From Hydrolagus colliei (lineage: Eukaryota): 64,000 bases of DNA. This document shows positions 35,263-47,241 of the stretch, piece after piece. The notes under the pieces are model-generated. The model was given only the letters and a program-made list of their open reading frames with translations. It did not search any database and was not told the origin of the DNA. The DNA lies in contig CM068771.1 of assembly GCA_035084275.1 (NCBI GenBank), positions 4,836,001 to 4,900,000 on the forward strand, read 5' to 3'. Position 1 is the stretch's first letter. Each line of letters starts with the position of its first letter. The translations under genes and the position numbers were made by a program.

Positions 35263-35287
35263 GCTACCCAAAGTAGTTCATTTCCAC
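35263..35287 (-). CDS. Gene 2 candidate 25-nt microexon (phase 1 to 2): (S)GNELLWV(A)
   Basis: ccagcag|GTGG...TAGC|gtaagt; supplies the phase change needed to reach the terminal exon. Confidence 0.4.
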
Positions 35288-35564
35288 CTGCTGGTGAATG
35301 ACATAATAGCAAACGTAATGTTGTTAAATAGATATATGTTCCGCTATGTATTAAAAACATTATAAGAAAATGTTGACCGAATCAACGTTAAGTGAAGACC
35401 AACTGTATTTTGTTAAGTATATATATGTGTATAACGTATCTGACGTATTTAGTGGTTTATCATGTTTTCAAGTCAAGTTCAACTTTTGAGGGTAAAATCA
35501 ATAATGCACAGCAGTGTCCCAAACATAGTCATGGATTGAGTGACCAATTTTATTATTGGTTAGC

Positions 35565-35945
35565 AACAACAACTTGGATTTATCCAGTGCCCTCCACACC
35601 AGACCACGTCTTCACAATGCAGATCCCGGGGCCGAGCCAGGGGGAGAAGGAAAAAGGTGACCCAAAGCACAGTTCAAAAGAAAAGTCCTCAGGCATAACC
35701 TGAAAATGGGAAAGGAGGGGTTGAGGCAAAGGGATTGAGGGAGGGTGTTCCAGAGCTTTGGGGCGTAGCAGCTGAAAGCATGGCTGCTGATGGTAGAGTG
35801 GAGGATTCGGAGGACAAGGAGCAGGCCAGACTCAGTGGAGCAAAGGCAATGGATGCTGTTGGGAGGAGAGAGGAGGTCGGAGAGGTAGAGTGGTGCAGAA
35901 GAGTGGAGCGATTTGCTAAACAAGAAGGAGGATTTTGAAATCGAT
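35565..35945 (-). mobile_element. L2 LINE 3' fragment
   Basis: HAFSCYAPKLWNTLP motif and (CAA)n tail. Confidence 0.8.
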
Positions 35946-37039
35946 TTGCTCTAAGATATGAATTTATTGTCGCCTCTCTGCAGCCTAGCTAGTAAGCCAG
36001 AGAAGTCTTTATTTTTCTTGATGGATTTTTTTACTCCCCACCCCACTCCCCCACCCCACCACACCCAACCCTGGCTAAATGAGGTAATTTCCTGGCCAAA
36101 TAAAATAATTTACTATTATCTTGCACTATACAATCTAGCAGTTATCCTACATTTAATGTGTTTCATTTCAATGTATCTGATGTGATTACGGCATTATCAC
36201 GTCTTCAAGTCAAGTTTTGAGCTTGCAAAATCAATTGTGCACAACAGTGTCCTACACACAGTCCTGGATTGAGTGACCAATTTTATTATTGTTCGTTTTT
36301 CTTGAAGGATTTTTTCTTAACCCCCCACCCCAGCGAAATAAGATAATTTATTACTGTATTTGCTATTTTTTCCCCCCTGGCCAAATAAAATAATTCACTG
36401 TTTTTTTGCACTATACAATCTAGCAGTTGTCCTACATTTCAAAGTCAAGGAACCATCACAGAAAACATTTGCGTGAGGTCAAAGTAAAAAATGGGACAAT
36501 TTTAAATTTGGTAAACAAAATATAAAATATCAGGAATGTCAATCACTGCAACAACTTAAATAATTATTGAATACAGGTATCCCGCCCCAACCGCAGCTTC
36601 ATTAACCATAAAACTCATGCATCCACAGTATGCTAAATGCGACAACCCTCGCAAACCGTGGCAATATGTTTTGCGCATCAGCAAATTAAATCCGCGGGTT
36701 TCAATTTTCAAGTTTCGCTCTTCCAAACAAGGGACCGCATTCATCCATGTATTATTGTGTATTCAACCGCTTTTCCTGCCTATCAGCATCTTTACTACCC
36801 CACGTCCAGCTGCACTCGTGGATCTACAGTGTGTGTGCAAACAGCTAGTTTATAGCACTAGGACCTAGTTGCGATGTTGCAATCAACCAGCGACAATGCT
36901 TCTCTCTTAGGATTAAGGTAAATACAGTAACATGAATTTATTGTCGCCTCTCTGCAGCCTAGCTAGTAAGTTTGGCAGCATTGGCTGTCAGGATCTGCAG
37001 ATCTCTCTCTGGGAGTGCATCTCGTACTTTAGAAAGGTC

Positions 37040-37300
37040 TCTTTCTCACCTTCTCTCTATTTCACCTTCTCTTCCCCCCACCCCCCCCACTCCCCGATGC
37101 CCCCTTCTCTCTCACCTTCTCTCCATTTCACTTTCTCTTCCCCCCACCCCCCCTACCCACCTCCCCTTCTCTCTCTCACCTTCTCTTCCCCCCACTCCCC
37201 CCCCACCCCTCATTCTCTCTCTCACCTTCTATTTCACCTTCTCTTCCCACCACCTCCCCCACTTCTCTCTCCCACCTTCTCTCTATTTCACCTTCTCTCC
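37040..37300. repeat. CT-rich low-complexity repeat
   Basis: Repeated TTTCACCTTCTCTTCCCCCCAC. Confidence 0.85.
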
Positions 37301-37369
37301 CGCAGTTGGGGAGGGAAACCTGTACATTTTTTTAGTTTTGTTACTCACAATATCTGTGTGTTTACTTAC

Positions 37370-37477
37370 TGAGCCGTCCACAAAGCACACCTAATAGTCC
37401 AACAGCAGACAGATACACTAGCAGTGCAACAGTGCTTTTCAACACAATTTCTCGATCCAGAGGATTACAGATTACAA
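37370..37477 (-). CDS. Gene 2 TM5 exon (108 nt): (V)VICNPLDREIVLKSTVALLVYLSAVGLLGVLCGRL
   Basis: tctacag|TT...CTCA|gtaagt; size and motifs conserved. Confidence 0.85.
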
Positions 37478-37914
37478 CTGTAGATAGAATTGTGAGTCTG
37501 AATTACATTTCAAAGTCTGGAATGAAGATACTAGACTTATCATTAGAGGAAGAAGTGTACAGTAATAACAATAATAATACTTGCATTTGATAGGTGAAAA
37601 ACACTATATTAAATGTAAGGATTGTTAGGACTAGTAGTTGTTACATATTGCTGAGGTGTCTCAAAGCACTTCACAGATTGTCAGTGTATTTTTTGGATGG
37701 AACACATGAGTTCCCAAAACAGTTATGGATTGAATGTCCACTTGAAGAACAGTCAGTTTAAAGTTGCGTGCGAAGAACAGTAACTTTGACAACAGCATTG
37801 CACTCACTCATCAGCTTGGAATGCAGGCTCAATGTCTAGACATGTGGGATTCTGATCCTGAAGCAAATATGCTACCAAGTGAGTTGACAAATAATGCATT
37901 CGAAACAATTTCTG

Positions 37915-38942
37915 CAGAGCTGCCAACCTTTTTTAACAAAAAGAAGTACTCCTGAAAGCTAAAAACAGTATTTTGTAGTACAAAAAGTATTTCCCCCAGA
38001 ACCTACCGGTACTTAACGAAAAAATGACAGCGCGAAAAGACGCCAAGTAAAATGGGACTTCAAAACCTCTCGTTAAGCAAAAATTGTGTTAAGAGGGAGG
38101 TCCCTACCGTGTTTCCGTATATGAAAAAAATCATTCCCAGTGATGCCTTACGCCCAGCCTGGTGCCCAGCGCTAACATTTACAGTGTATCAGCAACGGCA
38201 GAAGGCAGGTAGCACTGCTACTGAAGGCAGAGAGAGAGAGTTAAAGAGACTGAGACAGAGACAGACAGAGATACTGTGAGTGAGATTGTGACAGCAAGAG
38301 ACTCAAACAGAGAGAGAGAGACACAGAGAGAGAGAGACAGAGAGAGAGAAAGAGAGAGAACGATCGAGACAGACAGAGAGAGGGAAAGAGAGAGAGAGAG
38401 GGGGAGAACAACAACAACAACAAAACTTACATTTATATAGCGCCTTTCACGTCGAGAGGACGTCCCAAGGCGCTGTACAGTCAGGTAGGACAAGAGCAGG
38501 GTGGGAAGGATCAGGGCAGGATGAAGAATAGTAGGAAAAGTAACTGTATATTAGTGGGCGAAACGCGGCAGCCAAATTGCGCACAGCAGTGTCCCACAAT
38601 CAGTCATGGAAGTGGGACTAGGGGCAAAAGGGGGCAAAGAAGCAAAAGGGGAGGGGTCGAGGCAGGGGGAAGAAAAGCAGGAAAATCGACTGTATACCTG
38701 TGGGCGAAAGAGACACACAGAGAGAGAGAGACACAGGGGAAGACTGAGACAGAGAGAGAGACTAGAAAGAGAGAGACAGAGAGAAGGAGAGACAGAGAGA
38801 AGGAGAGACAGACAGACAGAGTATGGAATTTCCAAAATTTGGATTTTCCCCAAAACGTATTTTAACAAGAAAAATTGTACTGCTGTATTTACTTCAATTT
38901 ATCGTACTAAATACGGCAAAAACGTACTGGTTGGCAGCTCTG
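37915..38942. mobile_element. Non-autonomous DNA transposon (hAT-like) with 14-bp TIR and 6-bp TSD; contains AG microsatellites and a SINE/L2-tail insert
   Basis: CAGAGCTGCCAACC / GGTTGGCAGCTCTG flanked by TTTCTG on both sides. Confidence 0.8.
38229..38400. repeat. (AG)n/(AGAC)n microsatellite (second tract 38710-38820)
   Basis: Seen directly. Confidence 0.9.
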
Positions 38943-39112
38943 TTTCTGTAATAATAATTTGATATAACACCTTATAATGCCATTGACACATCTGCAAGTG
39001 CATCACCAAATATATTGTAAGCGAAATGCGGCAGTCGATTTATTTTTGAAAATGCATGCTTTATTTTATGCACACCAGTTTTATAGTTTTCACTTGTTAA
39101 CGTAATACTCAC

Positions 39113-39193
39113 CAACTTTGCTTGAAGCGTAAATCAGGACACTTGAACCAATGGTAGCAAACAATTGATAAACAAGCAAAATTTTCCAATGAA
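39113..39193 (-). CDS. Gene 2 TM4 exon (81 nt): (V)HWKILLVYQLFATIGSSVLIYASSKV
   Basis: ttgacag|TT...GTTG|gtgagt. Confidence 0.8.
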
Positions 39194-41149
39194 CTGTCAA
39201 ATGAATAAAAAATTTAATCAATAAATAGCAGCTAACTTGTGAAAGAATAATAATAAGCATGTATATTTTGGGTGCTCGGAATATTATTCCAACAAGTTGT
39301 CATTGAAACCTCTGATAAATAATATAATCTAACAGTGTGAAGCACTATGAATCATCCCAATGTCATGATAACATGCCGTATCAACTACAAGCATTATTAT
39401 TATAGCACTTATATTTGATCTTTTACATTTTTCTTGTTAAATATTCACTGACTTTTGCATGCAAATAATTTAATAAAAATGCAATACTTTCTTCTGAGGT
39501 GCACCCACCCACCCTCCCTCCCTCACACGCACACGCACACAAACACACCACACAGGCAGGTGACCAGGCTGGGTCAGATATCAGGCCCCTTATCTCCCCC
39601 AAAGCCAAAGCTCGGGTGTGTGAGCTGGTAACCTTTACACATCACTTTTTGTTTTCCTTTTTGGCCGAATTGTAAATTGTCCAAATCAGTACGAATAGTT
39701 TAGTAAAATTTAAGCTCAATTCTTCATATTTTATTGCTGACTGTAATGCATAATAATAACGTTGTTTGCATTTATTAATGCATATTATGACATCATTGAG
39801 ATGTCTCAATGCAATATACTGTAGTGACTGGGGATATTGTCATTGACAATTAATAATAATAATAATAATCCTTGCATTTGATATAGCGCTTTTCACATCT
39901 TATCAATATCTCAAAGCGCTTCACAGAATATACTGTAAAGTGAATTGACTGTATATTTGGTGGGCGAAATGCAGCAGCCAATTGCACACCAATATGCAAT
40001 ATAAAAATGCAATACTTTCTTCTGAGATAATCTTTACAAATCTCTTTTTGGCCGAATTGTAATCTATGTATATGCCATACGCCAATTAGCAGCCAATTGC
40101 ACACCGCAGTGTCCCACAGACAATTATGGATTGAGTTACCAAGTTATTATTGGAGGTTTTATTATTGGATCTGCCAATTGACTAATAACTGGATTTGTAC
40201 TTGCTATTTGGCAAACAGAGATGAACAGTAAGGAGTCTTTGCTATGTCTGGAAACTGAACTCAATTGATTGCAATATGCACATCACCTTCAATATGTCTA
40301 TTTACTTAATTAGTCAATGTTAATGTTTATTTGCAGCCTCCAATATAAATGCCATCTGAACATTACTATTTGATATAGCTATGACAGGCCCGTCTAACTT
40401 GCTTGAGGTGGGAAATATGTAAATGTGCTTGGCTTTTTGCCTAAAACTACACTTCCCTTTGCAGGATTTTGGTTTGTGAAATCTTGGCTTCAACTGGCTT
40501 GCAACCTTCTCCTCAGATGTAAGAAAGTTTGAGGATAAGGTTTCTTACATCTTATCCTCAGATGTAAGAAAGTTGTTGGCTTTTTAAAAAATGTATCATA
40601 TTAATGATAAATATAGCATAATGCACTGCCAAGTAGTCGTGTAGAGGCAGAGTACATTATGGGCTTGAAGAGGGAAGAAAAAAGGTATAGGAAAATTAGA
40701 GGCATAAAGAAATATCAGAATAATGCTGAATAGTGGGATTGAATGAACAGCTTGCTCTGAGACCTGGCATTTATTCAATGAGCCAAATTACCTTGTTCTG
40801 TGCTTTAAATTTCTAATCCTACATTCACTCATAGCACAAGAAATAAGTCATTCCAACTTGGACAGTTGACGCTCATCATAGGATCAGCACCCTGCCCAAG
40901 TTTTGGGGTTGCCCCACTAATGGGAGAAATGTTAGTCGGATGTATGTCTGGAAGAGCAGCCTCACTAACATGCAGTGTAATAAGTTTATTTTATTATTTG
41001 TAGTTTAACAACTGCCTATGGTCTTTTTTTCCCTTTGCCCTCTAACCCACTTCAACAGGAACAATACACATTTGATAATAATAATAATCCTTGCATTTGA
41101 TATAACGCTTTTCAAATCTTATCGACATCTCAAAGAGCTTTGCAGAATA

Positions 41150-42037
41150 TAGGTAGACCCCGCCTAACGAATGCCTGGTTAACGAAAGTTCACTACAATG
41201 AGGGTTTCTATTTGTACCACTTATTCGCCTTACGAAGGCTGTGTTCGCTATAACAAATGTTTACACACAGTTTAAATTTCACAGACTTCTCGTGGACAGC
41301 TTTTCATGGGTAGCGTCGTTCCTGGTTGCCCCTGCAACACACGCTCAGACTTCAGCATGCCTCAGTTAAGCAGTGCAATGCAGCCCCTCCCATATGGGAG
41401 GATCTTAAGTGGCAGAATGCTTCGTGGCTTTAATAATAGTAAGTTGAGGACTGTCTGTATTTTATTGTTGTATTTTCTAACATTTTCATATTTTATTGTT
41501 GTATTTAAAGTTGTGTAGCCTTCAATAGCAGTTATATCTACCTTAGGCCTTCGCTAGTATAGGTTGAGCTATATCCTGAATCCGGCAACCTCGGGACCGA
41601 GGCCGAGCTGGTTTTCCTGTTTTTCCGGACTTCGGAATGTGTTTCTGATGTCCGAGGTCCAGAAACGCCTGAGCCCAGGTTCAGGTATTTCCGGACTTCA
41701 GAATACCAGAAGCACATCACTAGTACAGAAATGCCTGGGCCCAGGTTGCGAAATTTCGGTGTGGTGATTGTGAAGACCTGGCCTGGAACAGGTCGGATTG
41801 GCGTTTTTATTCTTGCAATTTTTATCCGATTCTGGATTCCAGAACTCCGGATTTTGGCCGCTTAACCTGTACACTGAAAATTTTAGCGCTTGGAACCACT
41901 AGGAACTAAACTGATTTTTAGCAAGGAGGCTCAGGTCGGGGTGGCGTTTTAGCTGCGGCCAAATACAATAATAGTTAAACTGTATTTTCGCACAATGAAG
42001 GGTTTTTAAGTCCCAAACACCTACGTTAAGCTACCTG
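41150..42037. mobile_element. Tigger-like MITE inserted in a SINE at TA
   Basis: (C/T)AGGTAG termini; the SINE sequence CAGAA-TA-TACTGTAAAG is restored on removal. Confidence 0.7.
41560..41869. mobile_element. Nested Tigger-like MITE
   Basis: TA|TAGGTTGAGC ... GCTTAACCTG|TA. Confidence 0.7.
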
Positions 42038-42394
42038 TATACTGTAAAGTGTATATTTGTGGGTGTAACGTGGCAGCTAATTGCACACATCAATGTCCCC
42101 CACAAACAGTTGTGGATTGAAAATGACCAATTTTTGTTAAAAAAAATGGAGGGATTATTAATTATTAATCAGTTTAGATTATTAAGGTTTCGCACTGATC
42201 AGCCTGGATTCGAACAGACGTCTCACACTTGTAAGGTAAGTGCTCTAGCCACTGAGTTTACAGCGACTCCACACTCATACATTGTATAGGGAGGGACATG
42301 AGGGGCAGCCAGACAGACACACAGAGAGGACAGATCTGGAAGTTTCGAATGTGGAGATGGAGAAATAGCAAAACAGGTTTGTAAATGAACTCAC

Positions 42395-42529
42395 CATTGT
42401 GCAACACTATTAAACTTTCTGATTTCCTAGAAACAACTAGAGTAAAAACAAGAAAACCAGTGTAAATCAGCATGGTCATGACTAGAAGTCCCAGGATTCC
42501 CATAAAGATTTGGTACGCTAATTCTATTT
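42395..42529 (-). CDS. Gene 2 TM3 exon (135 nt): (E)IELAYQIFMGILGLLVMTMLIYTGFLVFTLVVSRKSESLIVLHN
   Basis: tttccag|AA...AATG|gtgagt; LAY.IF and YTGF shared with gene 3. Confidence 0.85.
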
Positions 42530-43221
42530 CTGGAAAAGATCAAAATGAAGAATTAGTATTAATAATAATGTAATGAAATGTCAAGTGAGTAGATACTATA
42601 GCAACAACAACTTGCATTATTTAGTGCCCCTCACCAATACTGAGACAGAGGGAGGTGACCATAAGTACAATCAAAGAGGAACATCTTCAGGTATGAACTG
42701 AAGATGCGGAAGGAAGGGGGCAAGGGATTGAGGGAAATGAATTCAGAGTTTTGGGGTGCAGTGACTGAAAGCATAGCCACTGATGGTGGAATGGAGGAAT
42801 GGAGGATACAAGCAACATGCAGGAGTCTGGAGCCAGTTGAGTGGAGACAGCAGTTAATGGGTTGGCAGATAAGCAAGTTGGCGAGTTGTGGATTGAGTGA
42901 CCAATTTTTTAGTTAAGCGATTATTACCCTTGGAAAGCAATCTGCCAATCAACTAACAACTGGGTTCTTTCTTGCTGCTAGTTAAACAGAGGCATGTGGA
43001 GAATGGAAACTTGCCTAACCAATCAAGTATAAAAATCTGAAGTCACCCAGCTGCCTGCTACTCTCCCAGTGAAATCACTATTTAATTCTCCTGTTACTTG
43101 CCCAAGGTTCTGCCTTGCCCAAGAATCGAACCCAGACCCTATCATTTGCAAGGCAAGCGCTCTAACCATAACTCAGTGGTAAATTTAATGCAAATCAAAA
43201 TTTCAATGAAACGTAACATAC

Positions 43222-43323
43222 CTGCTTCAAAGAGGCTAAAAAGACATGCAACAAACAGACATTTCACGGAGATTAGATGAAGAAGTATAAACAATGCAGT
43301 GAGCCTCCGATGATATTTCTTAA
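43222..43323 (-). CDS. Gene 2 TM2 exon (102 nt): (V)KKYHRRLTALFILLHLISVKCLFVACLFSLFEA
   Basis: tttatag|TT...GCAG|gtatgt. Confidence 0.85.
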
Positions 43324-43487
43324 CTATAAACAACAAATAAAATACAAATAACATTTCAATTATTTAATTGAAATACCAGCAAATTACAAAATGTCTAAAT
43401 TTTGAAATTTGAAATAAAACACAAATGGGAAAATGTACGTGGTTTATAAAATTCATCCTAATATTAACATTAATAATAATCTTTGTA

Positions 43488-43698
43488 CAGTAAAAGACCA
43501 TTTATCCAGCACCCTCGGGACCTGGCCAATGTCGTTAAATCAAGTGCCAGATATTCGGCTGAAAATGCAAAACATTAAATTAATTTATGCATTTTTCCAG
43601 AGAAATTCTGGCTAATCGAATGCGGACCTTTTTTTTTTGCAATGCCGGTTATATGGAACTTACGGTTGATCGGATGCTGGATAAACAGGCTTTTATTG
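43488..43698. mobile_element. Tigger-like MITE
   Basis: TA|CAGTAAAAGACCATTTATCCAGCACC ... GATGCTGGATAAACAGGCTTTTATTG|TA. Confidence 0.78.
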
Positions 43699-43947
43699 TA
43701 TTTGAAATAGCACTGTACAAGCAGCCAGCCGGAGTCAGCCAAGCAGAGGCAACGGGAAGTGGGTTGGGGAGTAAGCAGGTGGGAGAGGCCGGAGAGGTAG
43801 TGAGGTGCCAGGGCATGAAGGGATTTGATGATGACTGTGATGATCTTGAAAGAGAGCCATTGGAGCCTGGTGGACTTGTATGATAGGGTGTGCAGTTTAG
43901 TGTGGATGAGATTACGGGCAGCAGAGTTCATAATATGCACTTATTAC

Positions 43948-44064
43948 CTTTGTATTTATTTAAACCATAGAGCATTATGAATAGTCCAGAAGCAAAGGTG
44001 GTTACACTGCTAACTAGTGATGTTAAGGATGCAGAAAGTATGTGTTGATGTCCACGAACAATAC
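43948..44064 (-). CDS. Gene 2 TM1 exon (117 nt): (S)IVRGHQHILSASLTSLVSSVTTFASGLFIMLYGLNKYK
   Basis: gcttcag|GT...AAAG|gtaata. Confidence 0.87.
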
Positions 44065-44224
44065 CTGAAGCAGGAAAACAAACATTCAAAATTAAAGTGT
44101 TTAATTGAGTGTTTAACAAAATTAAAGCGAATAAGCAGAGTAACAAATTAGCAGAGGAACAAACTGCCAGTGTAAAAAAGAACGAATGAAAACACCACAA
44201 AAAAGATATCCATTAAACAACATT

Positions 44225-44370
44225 AACATTGCACGTGTACCAGCCGCAGTGTGAGACTGTTGGATCAGTGAAGATCAATGGGTTTCCATAATCTGTCTTG
44301 TTTAGAATTATATCTTCTTTTGCCCCCAAAATGCGATGGTGTTTTTTTTCTCTTTATCTATTGCACATGA
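44225..44370 (-). pseudogene. Decayed duplicate of the Ig C2 exon inside gene 2
   Basis: Reads KEDIILNKTDYGNPLIFTDPTVSHCGWYTCNVNVV*; frameshifted near the WW motif, truncated after CNV, no intact splice ends. Confidence 0.75.
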
Positions 44371-44439
44371 TAGATAAAATGCAGGAACTACAAGCACATT
44401 ACAACTATGTTACTGAAATGGACTGCGACAAAGTATCTT

Positions 44440-44680
44440 GGAATTCCATCCCACAGTCCCTCCGTCTCGTTTCTTACCTTTCCTCTTTCAAGGCCGGTTT
44501 GAAGACTTTCCTCTTCGACCGTGCCTTTTGTTCCACCCCGAATTTTTCGACCTCCCCTACTTGTTTCACCCCTTCCCGAACAACCCCCTCCCAGCTCGGG
44601 TAACACGCCTCCTGTGCAGCGCCTTGGGACGTCCTGCCGACGTGAAAGGCGCTTTATAAGTGTAATTTGTTGTTGTTAAG
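44440..44680 (+). mobile_element. L2 3' end abutting the decayed C2 exon
   Basis: Highly similar to 3240-3480. Confidence 0.85.
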
Positions 44681-44784
44681 TCTTAGTTATTATAATAATC
44701 ATTGCATTTAACATAGGGCTTTTCACTTCGTCTAGAGGTCTCAAAGCATTTCACAGAATATACTGTAAATAATATACGTACTCA

Positions 44785-46720
44785 GGACAACCAGCATCCT
44801 GCCTGCCTGCCTGCCTGTCATTGAGTCCTGGATGAGAGACAACTTCCTCCAGCTGAATGTCCGCAAGACTGAGGCCCTCCTGATTGGCTCGCGTCAGTGC
44901 CTCCGCACCTCAGGTGCTGTCAGCATCAGCATCCATAGATTCATAGATTCATAGAATTTTACGGCACAAAAGGAGTCACAGATTCGCCCACGAGTGGAAA
45001 TAGCTTTTCTCTATTTGCCCTGTCGAAACCCCACATGATCTTATAAACCTCTATTAGGTCTCCCCTCAATCTTCTCTGCTCCAGAGAGAATAACCCTAGC
45101 CTATCTAGCCTCTCCTCATAGCTGAAGTCCCTCAATCCTGGCACCATCCTAGTAAATCTTCTTTGTACCCTTTCCAATGCCTTCACATCCTTTCTGTAGT
45201 GTGGTGACCAGAATTGAACACAGTATTCCAGCTGAGGCCTCACCAAAGTCTTATAGAGGTTAGTCAGCACTTCCTGACTTTTGTACTCTATACCCCTATT
45301 TATAAAGCCTAGTATCCCATGTGCCTTCTTAACAGCCTTGTCTACCTGTCCTGCCACCTTCAACGAGTCACTGACACCAATCCCCAGGTCTCTCTGTTCC
45401 TTCACACCATTTAAAATTGTACTATCTAGCCTATATTGCCTCCCTTCATTTCTTCTCTCAAAATGCATCACCTCACACTTCTCTGCATTAAACTTCATCT
45501 GCCATGTGTCTGCCCACTTTACCAATTTGTCTATATCCTCTTGCAGATGGCTACTATCCTCCTCACTATTTACTATTCTCCCTAACTTAGTGTCATCTGC
45601 AAACTTGGAAACTGTACTCCGTACACCCAAGTCCAGATCATTGATGTAGATTACAAACAGCAATGGTCCCAAAACTGATCCCTGTGGCACACCACTGCTC
45701 ACTTCCCTCCAATCTGAAAAACAGCCGCTCACTACAACTCTCTGCTTTCTGTCTCGCAGCCAGTTGTGGATCCACGCTGCCACTGTCCCTTTTACGCCAT
45801 GAGCCTTTAATTTCATAATAAGTCTCTCATGTGGCACTTTGTCAAATGCCTTTTGAAAGTCCATGTAAACTACATCAACTGCGCTACCATTATCCACCCA
45901 TTCCGTTACCTCATCAAAAAATTCTATCAGATTTGTAAGGCAAGATCCAAGGCGGCACTCTCCATCTCTCTAAGCCAGTCAGGAGCCTGGGTGTCTTGTT
46001 CCACACTGAACTGTCCTTCCTCCCCCACATCTGTGCCATGATCAGTACTGCTTTCCACCACCTTTGTTGCATCGCCAGACTCCGCCACTACCTCATCCCT
46101 CAGGCTGGCGAAACCCCAGTCCACCCATTTGCCACATCAAGGGTCCATTATGGAAGCTCCCTCCTCTTCGGCCTTCCCGATTCTTCCCTTCCCAAGGTGC
46201 AGATCATCTGGAATTCTGCAGCTCGTGCCCTCACCTGCACCACACTCCACGACCACATAATTCCCACTGTCGCCCAGCTCTACTGGCTTCCCATCCCCCA
46301 GAGGATTGAATTCAAGATCCTCGTCCTTATCTTCAAGGTCATTCATGGCCTTGCACCCACCCCCCACCCACACCTCTCTGGCCTGTTGTACCCTACGAAT
46401 ATCCCCCCCCCCCCCCCCCCCGCCTCCATTCAGCAGGCTCTGCCAGCTCCTTGACCCCCACCTGGGTGCCCAACCATTGGCGGATGAGCTTTCAGCCTCT
46501 CTGCCCCCACACTCTGGAACTCCATCCCACAGTCCCTTCAAGGATGGTCTCAAGACCCTCTTCTTCGACCCCGCCTTCTACTGCCCTCCTAATTGTCTCC
46601 CTCCCACCCCTCCCCCCTATCCTGCCCCCCTCTCTTGGTCAGGTCCCAACCTGACCGCTCAGTGCCTTGGGACGTCCTCCCGGCGTGAAAGGTGCTCTAT
46701 AAATGTAATTTTGTTGTTGC
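44785..46720 (+). mobile_element. L2 LINE fragment split by CR1 44935-45946
   Basis: SWMRDNFLQLNVRKTEALLIG before the CR1; SLGVLF..LYWLPIPQRIEFKIL after it. Confidence 0.85.
44935..45946 (-). mobile_element. CR1 fragment inserted in an L2, with ~270-bp deletion near the 3' end
   Basis: RT ORF 44959..45897; tail joined to the body at a GAG microhomology near 44974. Confidence 0.92.
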
Positions 46721-46989
46721 TGTTAGGTGAATTGACTGTGTGTTTTGCAGGAGAAACACAGCAGCCAATTGCATACTGCACTGTCCCACTCATGTAATAA
46801 GCGTATTATTATTATTAATTTTGCAGGGGGATTATTATCTTCTGAAAGACAATGGATTAATAAGCAGTTTCCTACTGCTGGGTAACCAGAGGTGTGTGGA
46901 GTAAGGAAACTTGCCAAAGATATATGATTGTACAAGATCTAGCCACTGTCTAATAACAGAACACAAAATCAGGTTGTTACCAAACCTAC

Positions 46990-47241
46990 TGTTCACGGTG
47001 AGGAAGTATGAACGGTTTCTCTGGCTGACCTCATTTTTCACATTGCACGTATACCAGCCACAGTGTGAGATCTTTGGATTATTGAAGAACAATGTGTTTT
47101 CAGAATCTGTGCTGTTTAAAATTGTTTCTCCTCTTGTCCACCAAATTTGAATGTTTTTTTTCTCCTTGATAACACAGTTCAGTTTAACAGCATTAGTCAC
47201 GTAGATGGGATTTTGAATGATCAGTGGTGATGACAAAAATT
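46990..47241 (-). CDS. Gene 2 Ig C2-type exon (252 nt)
   Basis: cccatag|AA...AACA|gtaggt; LNCVI..IWWT..SHCGWYTCNVKN. Confidence 0.92.

Noticed and set aside
36950-36971. Plus-strand 8-nt microexon-like motif CAG|CCTAGCTA|GTAAG (two copies)
   Set aside because: No plus-strand gene context; explained by local duplication.
20066-37477. Single polyprotein joining gene 2 TM5 to gene 1 through the 411-nt exon (IGSF1-like internal signal)
   Set aside because: The phases allow it, but gene 1 has its own promoter and signal exon at 32.8-33.3 kb and gene 2 has candidate stop-containing exons before that.
40596-40664. Possible terminal exon AHNVLCLYTTTWQCIMLYLSLI* after gene 2 TM3
   Set aside because: No paralog support, and better conserved TM4 and TM5 exons lie downstream.
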